Of a stretch of DNA of 64,000 nt, positions 13,676 through 26,306 are shown piece by piece. Under the pieces are notes generated by a model. The model had not been told where the DNA came from. It worked only from the letters and a program-made list of their open reading frames with translations, and ran no database searches. The stretch spans positions 8,246,001-8,310,000 of the forward strand of contig JBHGNT010000013.1 of assembly GCA_043228905.1 (NCBI GenBank). Direction: 5' to 3'. The DNA is from Azolla caroliniana. Lineage: Eukaryota > Plantae > Polypodiophyta. Every line of letters starts with the position of its first letter. The stretch's first letter is position 1. The position numbers and the translations under genes are program-made.

Positions 13676-14317
13676 TGTCACGGAGAAAACCGTCCCTAAG
13701 AGGAAACAAGAGAAACTGTGCACGAACCGGCCCTTCCATGTGTGGACATAATTATGTGTAGGGCGGTTGATGTGAATATACTAGGTAGGACACATTTATT
13801 AGGAGATCGATGCGTATCTCTATCCGAAGGGACAGAGAATAAAGTAATGTAACTATGACTAACGGAGAAGCCCCCCCCGACGACCTATATAAGGGAGAAG
13901 AGGAGGAAGAACAGATTATCATGCGTTAACGAGGATGAAGTGCTGCCGGACCGGGTACCGAGCTCTCTCTCTCCTCCATCGGTTGTCATTCTCTACAGGT
14001 TTTGGAGATCGTTGCCTCTACTTCGTGGACAACCCGTGTGCTTCCATCAGAGGCTCTCCCTTCGCGTTTCTGTGCTGGCGTGTGACATCTGTGTGTGTGT
14101 GTGGACTCCCGTGTTGGGCCCGTTGCCGGTGTGCTGGTTGTAACCATTGTTGGTGTTATAATCAAACTGTTATGTTTGCTCTCTCTCTCTCTCTCTCTCT
14201 CTCTCATTCACTATGTTCATCAAACGCTCTCTCTCTCTCTCTCTTCTCTCACGCTCCTTGGTTCAGGGCCCCCGCGGTCCTGTCTCATTTTACACGCACG
14301 CGCATAGCAATGCGACA
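13676..14317 (+). repeat. Solo LTR S1 inserted in the protease of A
   Basis: TGTCAC...GCGACA termini; apparent 4-bp TSD CCGT/CAGT (one mismatch); CCTATATAAGG; (CT)n tracts. Removal restores the host frame HTYTVHLADG. Confidence 0.8.
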
Positions 14318-14379
14318 CAGTGTAGGTGTGATCACTTACGGTGGGTTGGATTCCCCATATCTGAACCAAACAATCATTC

Positions 14380-14766
14380 TGTTGTCTGTCTGGCCGGACT
14401 AGCCTCAACATAGGTGTCTATCCGACACTTCTCCAAAGGGATGGTAAGGATTGGATGTTAGGTTACACGCGTAAGATGATTACAATTAAGCACAGACGGT
14501 AAACAATACGAGATACAGATAAACACGCAATAATTACTATTGTATTACTTTCCCTCCCCTTTACAAATCATCGGATCCTTTTATAGGCATCCAGCAAGGT
14601 TACAATCGGTGCGCTTAGGCAACCGACATCCGAATCGGTCCGGATCCGGATCGGTACAACTGTACCGGATCCGTCCCTCTGAATAATAATTCTACTATTA
14701 TTTACTTCCTATTATCCGATCCAATTCCGCCTTCCCACTTGTCCTTGCTCTTCTGACCGGCCAACA
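14380..14766 (-). repeat. D 3' LTR
   Basis: TGTTG...CAACA; matches 23625-24011. Confidence 0.95.
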
Positions 14767-14808
14767 CATGGCACGCCCGTGGGAAAGTGCCTTGCACTTC
14801 GAATCCAC
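14767..14808 (-). other. D tRNA-3'-end-like motif at the PPT position
   Basis: Minus strand GTGGATTCGAAGTGCAAGGCACTTTCCCACGGGCGTGCCA-TG-[LTR]. Confidence 0.82.
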
Positions 14809-14816
14809 TCCCGGCC

Positions 14817-17742
14817 TCAGTCTTCCTCCAAAATATCGAGCACACTCTGCTCGATGGTGTCAAGTGGTGCTCCTTCCTCCTATTCCTGTTCCTTGCCTGC
14901 CTGGTCTCCGACCTCCGGTTGGGTGGGTTGTTCCGTAAAAATTTGCTGCTCCGGCTCTGCTTGATTCTGTGGTGCCGGTGCTTCCTCACCGCTTCGTCCG
15001 GGTTCTTCCTGTTCTCCCTTCGTTCCTGGCTCTGTTCTGTTACCGGTGTCGCTTTCTCCGGTCTCGACTGGTCGACTCGATATGCCTCCTTCCTCTGCTC
15101 TGGTGTCTTCTGGTCTCAGCTCTTCTTCTTCTCCGGCATCGGTCTGCTCCTGCTCTTCTTCAAGTTCGTCTTCGGGTATTCCTCGTCGGGGTTGTTCGGT
15201 GTCGGTTGGTTCATCTTCAGCCGGTCGCGTTCCCTCACCAATAGTGGTTGGCGTCGTTCTTCCCTTAGCTTCCTGTCATAACTGGTCCTGCTCGTATCTC
15301 TCCAACTCCAACTGAGTTGCGAGCTGCCCGTCATCCAACCTCTCTACCAACCCTCGGATTTCTTTGAGATGTTCTTCCGCTAAAGTGTAGAAATCTTCCG
15401 ACAAAGTGTAGAAATCTTCCGACAATTCTTCCCGAATGGCGACGATACTTTCCTCATCCATCTTGTAGAACTTGTCACCGGTCTTCCTCCGATTCTCGGT
15501 ATCCGCTCGGAGTGTCTGCAGCTCGGCTGCCTATTGTGACCACTCCTTCCATAGCTTTTCCGTACTTTCGTTGATGCTTGCCTGAGCTCGGGTACTCCAT
15601 CCTGACATGATGAGCTTGATCCGGTCAACCCTTGCCTTAGCATGCGCATAAGCTTCCTGTTTTTCCTTCCTTGCCCGTTTTATAATGTCGGCCATTATCT
15701 GAGCCTGGGCCTCGTAATCCGCTTTCTGCTTTTCATATGTACTTTGCAGTTTGCTGATCGTGAAGGTCGATTTTTCCTTTTCTTCATTCCTGATCTTGGT
15801 CAGGTCCAGCTTTTCCCGCCTTAGCGCCTCTAATTCCTTCCTTCTCTCCGTTGCTTGGGCTATTTCCGCCGACAATGCTTCCTTGTTGGCACTGACCTCA
15901 TCCATTGCCTTAGCCAGGTCTAATCGGGTCTCTTTGAGCTGTTCTTTCAGCTTCTCTATTTGCCGGTCGTAGTCTGCTGCCCGTTTTTTGTTGTCCGACT
16001 CGGCCTGCTTGTGATCTTGGTAGAGACGGTCGAAGTCCTCCGTCTTCTGCTTCAGGCGTCGGTTTGCCTGAGCTCTTAACCGATCGTCCCGGTCCTTCTG
16101 TTGTCGGAGTTCTTCCTGCAGTCGTTCTATCTCTTGCTCGGCATGTCGACGTAGTCGGTCCTTCTCCTTTTGCAGCTTCTCTTTTTCTTCTTGCAGTCGG
16201 TCATTAGCGGCTCGACCTTTTCCGGAGGCCTTCTTCCATTTTTCGTCTGTCGTCCTCCACCGCTTTCCGCTGCTCCCTTTCTCTTTCCCTTAATGCCTCC
16301 TGAGCTTTTAACTCCTCTCGTAAGGTTTCTATTATTTTTTCGGTCTGAGGGCCGGTTTGCAAGGCTACCGGTTCTGGTTCCGGTTCTGGTTGCTTCCTTG
16401 TTGTCCCGACCGGCTCGGTGACAACTTGTGCTTGTTGAATTCCTTCCCTTGCCTGCAACAGCTCCCCTTGCATTTCCTCGATCTATGTTCGGAGCGCGAC
16501 CAACTCCTGAGTTGTTGTATGCGTCAGCTGTTGCCTACACGTTTCTTCTTTTTCTAACTGGTACGCTACTCCCGATAACTGCTCCGAAAGCCATCTCAGC
16601 CATTGTGGCTTTGTTCTTCCTGTGTCGGGGTGGCCTTGCTCACTTAACTCAGGTTGTTTTTCCGGCCTCTTCTCTGGCTCCGGCTCCGGCGCTTGTTCCT
16701 TCTTCTTCTCTGGGATGACCGGTTCTCTGAAGTTCGGCCCAACCGGTGTCGGTGCTGCTTCCCTCGGTACGGGTTCCGGTGCTGTTTCCGCCTCGGCTAC
16801 TGGGGATGGTCCTTGCGCCCTCTGCTGAGTTCTGTCCACTGGTGGAGCCGGTCCTTTCGCCCGTTTCTCCCGACCTTGTCTTGCTGGGAGTCTTACCAGT
16901 GGTTCGGATGAGTCTTCTGTTTCAGCTTCCTCCTCCGGTGCGGTTACCAGACGGACCTTTTGTATAAAGACCTCTGGTTCCGGTTCCGGCCGTCGCAGCG
17001 TTATATGGATTGGTTTGCGCGTTACCGGTTCCTCCTCGGCCGATTTCCCTTTGCCTTTACCTGCCGGTTTTGCCTTTGTTGCCGGTTCCTGTTGCTGTCG
17101 GGATGGTCCTTCCCCTTGCTGTTCTGCTTCTTGCTGGGTCCATCCGGGGGTGTGTTTCTCCAAGATCTGTCGGCGCTTTGTGACCTTTTCCGGCGTCGTC
17201 TCCTGCCGACCTCTTTTCTTTTGTGTGATGGGGAGCACCGGTGGGACTAACACCGTTAGCGATTGTGCTATCCCGGCCCATGGCTTTTTTCCTTCCACAA
17301 GATTTTTGATGGCCTCCTTCAATCCTTCGGTTATGAAATGGAGCCAGTCTATTTGTAAGCCTTCGTACGCTGCTATTAAGAACGCTGCCCGGTACTTGGC
17401 TATGGCCGGGGGACGGGGATTCACGAATCCGTATTCCATCATGGCGCGGGCCACTTCTCCGAACAATAGGTTCTCTCCGCCCTGCGTTCGATACGCCTTG
17501 CTGCTGATAGAGTACTCCCCGAAATATTCGAACAGGATTTCACTTGAAGGGTTTTCGATTGTTTGAAGTCCTCCTGCTTTTATCCCCGTGAGCGCCTGCA
17601 TCGCTCCTTCCGTGACTTCTGATATATCGATCGATGCTGCCGCTTGCTCTGGTTCTGCGTGTGGTGGAGCGTCGGCGATCCGCAGCAATCCTTTTAACCC
17701 GTTCTCCCTCATCCATTGGCGTGCCTCTTCCGACAGTACCAT
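14817..17742 (-). pseudogene. D extra ORF (ends QSVLDILEED*)
   Basis: ORFs 16483-17742, 16204-16473, 15531-15905, 15276-15461; homologous to B and E. Confidence 0.85.
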
Positions 17743-18329
17743 TGTTTCAAATTCTTCTTCTACTGCCTGTTGTTCGGGATCGCGCTGTGTGTGCTCTGTG
17801 CGTCAGGTCGCTCTTCTGTGCTTCTGCGCCTGTATGTAGGAAAATTCGTAAAAAGTGAGCCCTTCGCAGGCCTGTGTCTTATATAGTGGGTTGTGCCTCG
17901 AGCCGCCCTTTTTCGTTTCCCGCGCATGTTCCTCTCCCGCCATAATTAGTATGTCCTTTCTTGTTTGCCGCGTGTGAGTGCCCACGTTCCATGCTTTAAA
18001 TAGCAAGTACGCGCACGTCCTTCTTTAATGCATGGCGCCTCTTCGTTGCATGGTGGCGCTCCCACCTCTTGTGATCTCCCCATCATTACTATGATTCGCG
18101 TCGATTTTGCCCACGTCGATTTTTATTATTATTATTTTTTCTCTTTGTTTGGACCACGTCATTTGCTGGTCCCCCCCGATTTGTTCGGGTCGGTTCGTGT
18201 GGAGACCGGATCCTTCTGTCGGTTTTCCGGGATAGTCTTCGTCAGTATCGGTGTCAGTTCTTCCTCGGTCCGAATATCTTCAGCAGCGTCTGTCGGTGTC
18301 GGTTCCTCATCTTGCCGGATTTGCGGGTT

Positions 18330-21300
18330 TCACTTGAACGGGTTGGCTGGCATATTTCCCTTATACGGCTTTAGCCGAAATCCATTTGCCCACTTGCCGA
18401 TGACATCTCCAGACAACGTGCCGAGCTGATACGACCCATTGTACTCCTTGGTGATCCAGAACGGTCCGGTCCATCGAAACCGCAACTTTCCCGGCATGTT
18501 CCCCATCCGTGTCTGGAATAGTAGCACCGGTTTCCCGACTTCGAACTCCTTTTCATTGCCACGCCAGTGTCGGTCCACGAAAGCTTTTCTCCTCCTTTGC
18601 TCCAGTTCGAGTTGTAGTAAGCTGGCTATTCGGTTTTCTTCTAATTCCAACAATGTCGCCAGCCGGATTCGTTCGGACTCGTTCTCACTTAAGCGCTCCT
18701 TCACCTGAATCCGTAAGCTTGGGATCTGGAACTCTACCGGCATGACCACTTCTAACCCGAATGCTAGTCGGAACGGGGTTGTCCGGATGCTGGTTTTGTA
18801 CGTTGTTCGGTACGCCCATAGCGCGCTTTGCAATTTCGTATCCCAGTCGGTCCGGTTCTCGTTGACGATTTTTCGTAGGATGTTCTGCAAAGTTTTGTTC
18901 GTTGATTCCGCTAGTCCATTGGCTTGAGGGTAGTAGGGAGTACTCTTTTTATGTACCACCGCGTAAAATGACGTCAGGCTTTCTACTACCTGCCCGAGAA
19001 AATGTCCTCCTTGGTCACTTATAAGCTCGATCGGGCATCCATACCGGCACCATATGCACTCGTACAGAAACTTTGCCGTGGACGCGGCCGTGTTGTCCCG
19101 TAAGGCCTTTGCTTCTACCCATTTGGTGCAATAGTCGATCGCCACTATGACATACCGATTTCCGGTTCGCACTGCAGGTGGTTTGAAGGGACCGACAAAG
19201 TCCAACCCCCACTTTTGAAACGGTTCCAAGGGCAAGACTGGGTGGTGTGGCATCCGGGCCTGCTCTGTGGGTTGGCCCAGTCGTTGACATAAATCGCATT
19301 CTCTGCTATACTTCACGGCATCTTTTAGGGTGGTCGGCCACCACAGTCCGCTCTGCCATATTTTCCGAGCGGTTGCGTCACCGGCATAATGCCCGCCGGC
19401 AATTCCACAGTGGGCTTCCCTGAGGATTAGATCCTTCTCATCGCTCCGCACTGCTCGTCTCCAGATGCCATCTGCCCCCTTGTGATAGAGGGTGTCTCCA
19501 ACCAAGCAGAAATGTCTGCTTCTTACTGCTACCCTTTTCCTTTCATCGCGGTCCATGTTCTCCGGGGGAACTCCGGTGCTCAGGAACTGATGCATCTCAG
19601 TTAGCCATGTGTCTTCATCGGCTACCGTTGTATCCGTTACCGGTTTCGTCGTGATCCGGAACAATTCGGCATCGGTAAACTCATCCTGGACGCCGTCCCC
19701 TGCTTCTCCGGATTCGAGTCTGCTTAGGTAGTCCGCTACCGCATGCTACGCCCCGGGTTGGTGGAAAATGTCGAATTCAAATTCCTGTAGCAGCAGTGTC
19801 CACCGTGCAATTTTTCCCGTCAGGGATGCCTTCGAGACCAGGTAGAGTAGTGCCGAATGGTCGACATGGAAGGAAAACTTCCTTCCGAGCAAATAGTGCC
19901 TGTACTTTGTGACACTATACACCATTCCCAATGCCTCGCGTTCCGTCGTAGAGTAATTCTGTTCGGCTTTTGAGAGTTTCCGGCTTGCGTAGTACACCGG
20001 TCGGTACCATTTCGGCTCCGTGAGTTGCATCAGAACGCTGCCGATTGCTACGTCCGACGCGTCGACGAAGACGTGAAAGCTTTTACTCCAATCCGGCGGT
20101 TGCACCACCGGAGCTTGCGACAGCATAACCTTCAACGCTTTGTAGGATTCCTCCTCCGTCTCCGCCCATAGGAAGGGTACCCTATGTACGGCGGTATGTA
20201 ACGGTGTAGCGAAGTCTGCGAGGTGCCGTATCATCCGGCTATGCTACCTTATTTGGCCCAGGAACCGGCTTAAAGCCTTTGCGTTACTTGGTGCTGGTGC
20301 CTCGAGAATCGCCTTGACTTTATCCGGATCTACCGCGATTCCTTCCTTACTCACCACGTGCCCTAGTAAGTTGCCGCTTGCCACTCCAAAGACGCACTTG
20401 GCCGGGTTCAGGCTCAATCGGTACTCGCGGCACTTCTCCAAGCACAACCGGAGGTGATCGAGATGCTCTCCGTGCCGGCTGTAGACCGCGAAATCATCAA
20501 GGAAAACCTGCATAAAACCGGGGATATATTCCCCGAAAATTTCCATTATTATCCTTTGAAAGGTCGCTGGAGCTGTCTTTAGTCCGAACATCATCACGAC
20601 CGCGACGAACACTCCCCATTCCGTCACGAACGCTGTCTTCTCCTGGTCGGCCGACCTCATTCGTATTTGGTTGTAGCCGCTAAATCCATCCAGGAAGCTG
20701 TAAACTTCGTGGCTGGCTACCACATCTAACACCCCGTCCGTAAATGGTAGTGGAAACGCATCGGTCACAGTTGCGGCATTTAGTTTTCGGTAGTCCACGC
20801 ATACCCGGATTTTGTCGTTCTTTTTCGGGACCACCACTATCGGACTCAGCCAGGTTGCCTGCTTGACCGGTCAGATAAATCCGACCCAGAGGAGCTTATC
20901 AATTTCCTCCTTCACCTTTGCCGCATAATTCGGAATCGGTTTCGCGTCCGTACTTAGGTGAATTTGGTGCTGATAGAGCTGGGGGTCCAGCCCTCGCATG
21001 TCTTCGTACGACCACGCGAACACATCCTTGAAGTCTATTAATAATGCTACCATTGCCTTCTTTTCTTCCTTCGGCAATTCCTTTGCAACATTTACAGGTC
21101 GGGGCTTGTCTGCTGTGCCGAGGTCCACCTCCTCGAGTTGGGATGCTTTTACCCTCTGGGATATCGTCATTTCCCTCTCTAGGGATTCCTGCGCTTGTCG
21201 CAGTTCCCTGATCGCCGCTTGGTCCGGTTCTTCCGGCGTCGTAATGTACGGTTCTACTGCCGCCGTGATATCCACCTCAAATAGTGGGACGATTCGTGGG

Positions 21301-23572
21301 TGTTCCTCGAGGTACCGCTCGACTTCCTCGTCTGGTAATCCCTCCAACATGTTAATGCTTTCCGCATACAATGGAGTTGCTTCCTTACTGGTGATCACCC
21401 GTGGTTGCGTCGTTACTCGTACCTTTGTTTTCCCTCACCGGAATGTGATCATGTTCTTTTGCCAGTTCTGCTTGATATGCGCCGTTCGCAGCCATGGTCG
21501 TCCTAGCAGTAGGCAGTACGCGCCTTGTACATTTAGCTGCAACACCACGGCCGATATCCGGAATACGTGGCCTCCGATCGTTACTTCCAAATCCCGGATA
21601 AGCCCGGTCGGTCGGACTGAGCTAGTATTCGCCATGCGTAACCAGAAGGGGCATGGTTCCCATTCCCGGATGCCCAGGTCGTTGCATGTCTGTTGGCTGA
21701 TAACATTTACCCCGAAGCCTCCGTCAATAATCGTTCCAGCAATTTCCTTTCCTTTCACGATTGCCGTGATCGCCGGGATACTTGTATCAACCACCGTTGG
21801 TCCTTCCTCTGGGTTGGAGAAGAATGCCGGTGCTGGCGTCGGCTTCGGTTTGCTGACGGATGCCTGTAGGTCTGCCGTAAATCGAGGCACTAATTGTAGT
21901 AGTCGTGCTAACAACAACACAATTTGACAGTCCTGTAGCGCTTGCCACGTCGGGTTTTCTCCTGGCTGTATGATTTCTTCGTCTTTTGGCATATTTTGGT
22001 CTCTTACTTCTGCCGCATTCTGTTCATTGGCCTCCTTGATCCATTGTGTCGCTTGTTTTCTGATTGCCTCCTGGGCTTCCCACTCGGCAGTCTTTCCCTT
22101 TGACCGGGTTGTGACCTGCTGTACTTCTGTTATTTCGGTGGTAACCATGTTGACTTTCGACTGCTTGTCATAGCTTTTGCTTGGGCATTGGTTACTATAG
22201 TGGCCTTCCTTACGACAGTAATAACAGTACACCTTGTGACTGTTGCTCGTTTCTCCTTTGTCCCCGGTTTGGAGGGTGGGTATGCTCCGGCGGTCGTCTT
22301 TGGTTTTTCGGTTATCCGGTACCGATACCGGGTTGTCATTCCTTGCTGCCTCCCGACGTTCCTCTCTTCGGAAAAATCCACGCTTCTGATTCCGTCGGAA
22401 ATTTCGGTTCCCTTGTCGCCTCTCTTCTCTACGTCAGTCATATTCCGGGGATTCGTCTCGGTCGTACCGGTCCCGGGGGTAGCTATCTTTGCGTCTCTCC
22501 TCTCGGTCATAGTTGTCGCGTCTTCTATCAGCGTATCCTTGTCGCCTCTCTTCTCTGCGTCGGTCGTATTCCGGGGGTTCGTCTCTGTCGTACTGGTCCC
22601 GGGGGTAGCTATCTCTGCGTCTCTCCTCTCGGTCATAGTTGTCGCGTCTTCTATCAGTGTATCTGTTACCGCGTTCGCGTTGGTAGCGGTCGTCTCTCCG
22701 GAATCGATCCTCGTCCGGGTTCTGATTGCGCGGTTCTATGTGTCGAACCGGTGCTGCCTGCCGATTTAACAGGTTATATTCGCATCGGTCCGTTGTATGG
22801 ACTCGAGAGTTGCAGATCACACATTGTGTCCGCAGGGTGCAGTCTACTGTTGAGTGCCCCGAATTTAGGCATGTCATGTTGTACATTGTAAGGCCTGTCG
22901 GAACCTCAGGTCTTCCTCCTTTGGGAGTGCCCGGTGTAACATCCCCATCGACAAGAAGGGGCTAGTCTTGTCCAACTGACTCTCCTGTTTCCTCCGCTCT
23001 CTGTCCGCTGTTGGCGTTGGTGTGAGAACCTTTGGTTCCTCCGCGGGTGTTGCCGGTGTCCGGTCCTTTGGTTCCTCCGCGGGTGTTGTCGGTATCCGCT
23101 CCTTCGGTTCTTTCGCGGTTGTTGTCGGTATCCGGTCAGCCTTCCTCGGCGATTGCCGGTCACCGAATTCCAGGGTTATTTCTTCCTCTGGCGCCGGTGT
23201 TACGGAGTCTTCCGACCCCTCGTCCTCCCGGTCGTTTGGTGTGTCGTGGCTGCTTTTATACCGGGATGCAACGCTTCCGTCGCTTCCCGACTCCGCCTCA
23301 AGTGTTGCGAATGCTTCCGAGTCCCCGTCGCCCGCGGCGAGCGTCTGCAGTATCGTTTCTACCTCTTGCACGCTTGTTATGCTACTGCCTTCGTCGGGGA
23401 TTTGCAGAACCCGAAACTACAGTGCTTCTTCTGTGACTCTCCGAAGAGTTTTGGAGAATGACCGATCCCGCCGGATCTCGTCGACGGCTTGCTGCAGGGC
23501 TTCCCGTCGTTGCTCGCGTTCGGTGTATCGTCTCCCTCGTTCGGTGATGTGGTCGTCGTTTGGTCTAGACAT
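18330..23572 (-). pseudogene. D gag-pol, fragmented
   Basis: IIDGGFGVN (PR), FLDDFAVY (RT), VDASD (RH), WGLDFVGPF...PQANGLAE (INT). Confidence 0.93.
22411..22657. repeat. 126-bp (42-aa) tandem duplication in the R/D-rich gag region of D
   Basis: GTCGCCTCTCTTCTCT at 22415 and 22541; encodes RRDNYDREERR..DSYPRD.YDRDE twice. Confidence 0.8.
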
Positions 23573-23624
23573 CCATCCCCCGGTTGTCCTCTGCACTTTG
23601 CAGGAATCGTGGTCGCCAAAATAG

Positions 23625-24011
23625 TGTTGTCTGTCTGGCCGGACTAGCCTCAACACAGGTGTCTATCCGACACTTCTCCAAAGGGGTGGTAAGGATTGGA
23701 TGCTAGGTTACACGCGTAAGATGATTACAATTAAGCACAGACGGTAAACAATACGAGATACAGATAAACACGCAATAATTACTATTGTATTACTTTCCGT
23801 CCCCTTTACAAATCATCGGATCCTTTTATAGGCATCCGGCAAGGTTACAATCGGTGCGCTTAGGCAACTGACATCCGAATCGGTCCGGATCCGGATCGGT
23901 ACAACTGTACCGGATCCGTCCCTCCGAATAATAATTCTACTATTATTTACTTCCTATTATCCGATCCGATTCCGCCTTCCCACTTGTCCTTGCTCTTCTG
24001 ACCGGCCAACA
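23625..24011 (-). repeat. D 5' LTR
   Basis: Matches 14380-14766; adjacent to the PBS. Confidence 0.95.
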
Positions 24012-24016
24012 CATTC

Positions 24017-25116
24017 ACAAAGTTGTGTGAGCTTCCCAAATCAAATAAAAATTGTACGGGACATCCATTAATATACTCGTTTGCACGTAGTAAATCATTG
24101 GGACCCAATACATAGTGAGGGAAAGAACATTGACAATTACTTAAATGATGTGTATAGACTTGAAGGACATTAGGAATCTGACCTTTATGGTCTGCAACTT
24201 TAGCTTTGTTGTCGTGCTCTTTCTGTTGGAGCTTTCGACATTGCTCTTTTGTATGACCCTTCTTTTTGTAGAATACGCAAAAAGGATGTTGTCACTTACA
24301 ATCGTGATCCATGAATTCGTTGGGTGTCTTGCGTTTCCCAGCGAATTGCCACTGCTTAGTCCCGGGCGCTTCATTGGGTTTGTTGTGGTCCTTCTTCGAA
24401 GTGCGTTGATAGCGAAGAACTATTTCACCGGCCTCTTTGAAGGATTTTGGATCCTTATCATGCACTATCCAGTGATAGTCCGAATTGGGGATGCCATTGA
24501 CAAAACAAACTATTAACCAGTTGTCCCCTTCAAGTCCCGATTTTTGGATTTGGGTTCTAGCACGGTGGACATAGTCTTCTAGTGAGGAAAATTTCCGACT
24601 AGAGAGGTTCATTAAAGCTTGTGCTGCCTCGGTTCGAGAGGGAGGTTGCAGAAATTGGCCCTTGAAAACTGTGACAAAATCTATCCAGCTATCGGGCAAT
24701 TTCCCCAAAGTACGGAGCCCACGCCACCAGGCGGCGGCCTTACCCCCTAGTTCTTGGACGACATATGCAATTTTCGTACCATCTGGCGTGGGATAGAGCT
24801 CAAAATGAGACTCCCATCAGCCTAGCCACATGCAGATTGCTTCTTTGGTTCTTTCCTTTTTGTCTCCCGTAAATGGCTTAACGACAAACCATGGTTCACC
24901 CTATCGCTCATCAGGTTTATTAGTCTCACGTTGTAGACTAATGGCACGTGCCTCGAGAGCACTTTGAGATTGCCGAAGTTCGGTCATCTGTTGAGCGGTG
25001 AAACTAAGGTATTGGGTTATTTCTGCCAAATACATCTCAGTGGACATTTGTCCAGGAGGATTCCCTTGAGTTCCTTCCACTTGAGCGGATGATATCGGGT
25101 TGTTATTTTGAGCCAT
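24017..25116 (-). pseudogene. A gag and protease N-term; PR continues at 14322-14379 and 13675 downward
   Basis: Gag-like SWIDFVTVFKGQFL. The PR frame FLFDLGSSHNFVN|DCLVQIWGIQPTVSDHTYT|VHLADG rejoins after removing D and the solo LTR. Confidence 0.85.
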
Positions 25117-26306
25117 TAAATGATTATTTTTGGAAAAGAAATAGGATAATGTCAGAGAGATAGTCATAACATCATGTCATGATGTAAACATATCATGGGC
25201 AAACATTAATCGATATCATGATCTCACGTCAATACCCCTCTAGACGTATGAGATGAGGTTCAAGATCAGGTTACTATGGTAACACAAAGGTGTTTTAAAA
25301 ACCATGGGGGTGACAATTTAATGTCTTTCCCTGATCTCTATATCGATTTTTTCATGGCGGCTCCCCGAGGCTCAACCATGTATGTTCGCGTCATGAATAG
25401 TTTATACACGAAAAAAATGTTAACAATAAACTATGTTTCGGTGCCCACATATGTGGTTTCGGCTCTTTAAGTCCTATTATGAGGACCCCAAAGTGCACTT
25501 AGACCTCAAGTCTAAACATGTGTTATAGTCATATGTATCAATGATGTTGTATGGTCTTGGTCATATTTGAACTCGAGACCCCAAAGACAAATGCATTAAA
25601 CACTTGAGCCAACCAAGTAGGTTGCTCTTCTTGAATGTTTAATATTTCATGCGTATAAGAGATATGCGAGGCATTTGCCCATATATGTTTTTTTAAAAGA
25701 AACATATATGTCAAGAGTCCTTATTTCGCCCTCATTTACTACAACTATGTTGGTACGTTACATAACCTCAAGTGTCGTAATTACGATGGCATATGCCAAA
25801 CTGCAACCTAATGGTCAAGCCAAATGAGCCCTCTTTTCATAGTAGGCCCACGTGGCCCATCACATGGTCACGTCATTACAAATGCCTCTCGTAAGAATGA
25901 TCTCATGGTGGCATCGTATCCATGTAATGAGGGAGGGATGTTGGATACGTGTGTCATAAGAGCGACCTCACATGAAGTGGGTCAAACCCTACGTACTCAA
26001 TATCATTATGGCTATTGGCGTTTCTTTACATAACGAAATATCGAAGTCACCAACGGGGATTTCAACAATAAAAAATTGTTGAAAAAAGGGATGGTGACAA
26101 CACGATTCTCACAAAAATGTGAGGATGGCCACCAAGAACCTTTCCCCGAAAAGGAAAACATTCGATTTAAAATCACATAATAACTTATATACACATATGT
26201 ATATTATCACATATATACGATCAACTACGTATACACGTGACCACATATGCCTACATTAAAGAAATCGTTATATTTAATAGCCAAAAATGACGTAATCGAG
26301 ATATGT

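Larger units (their letters stand above)
14380..24011 (-). mobile_element. D: second member of the B lineage, full-length boundaries, capsid region of gag deleted
   Basis: 387-bp LTRs 14380-14766 and 23625-24011; perfect TSD CATTC (14375-14379 / 24012-24016); PBS TGGCGACCAC at 23609-23618. Confidence 0.95.

Noticed and set aside
14767-14830. A complete tRNA gene at the 3' motif
   Set aside because: There is no 5' acceptor strand, D-arm or anticodon arm; the upstream sequence is ORF2 coding.
20998-22891. Long plus-strand ORFs (309, 236, 193 aa) and similar ones at 9742-10458 and 4597-5271
   Set aside because: Shadow ORFs antisense to GC-rich gag-pol or ORF2, with no motifs and not conserved among B, D and E.
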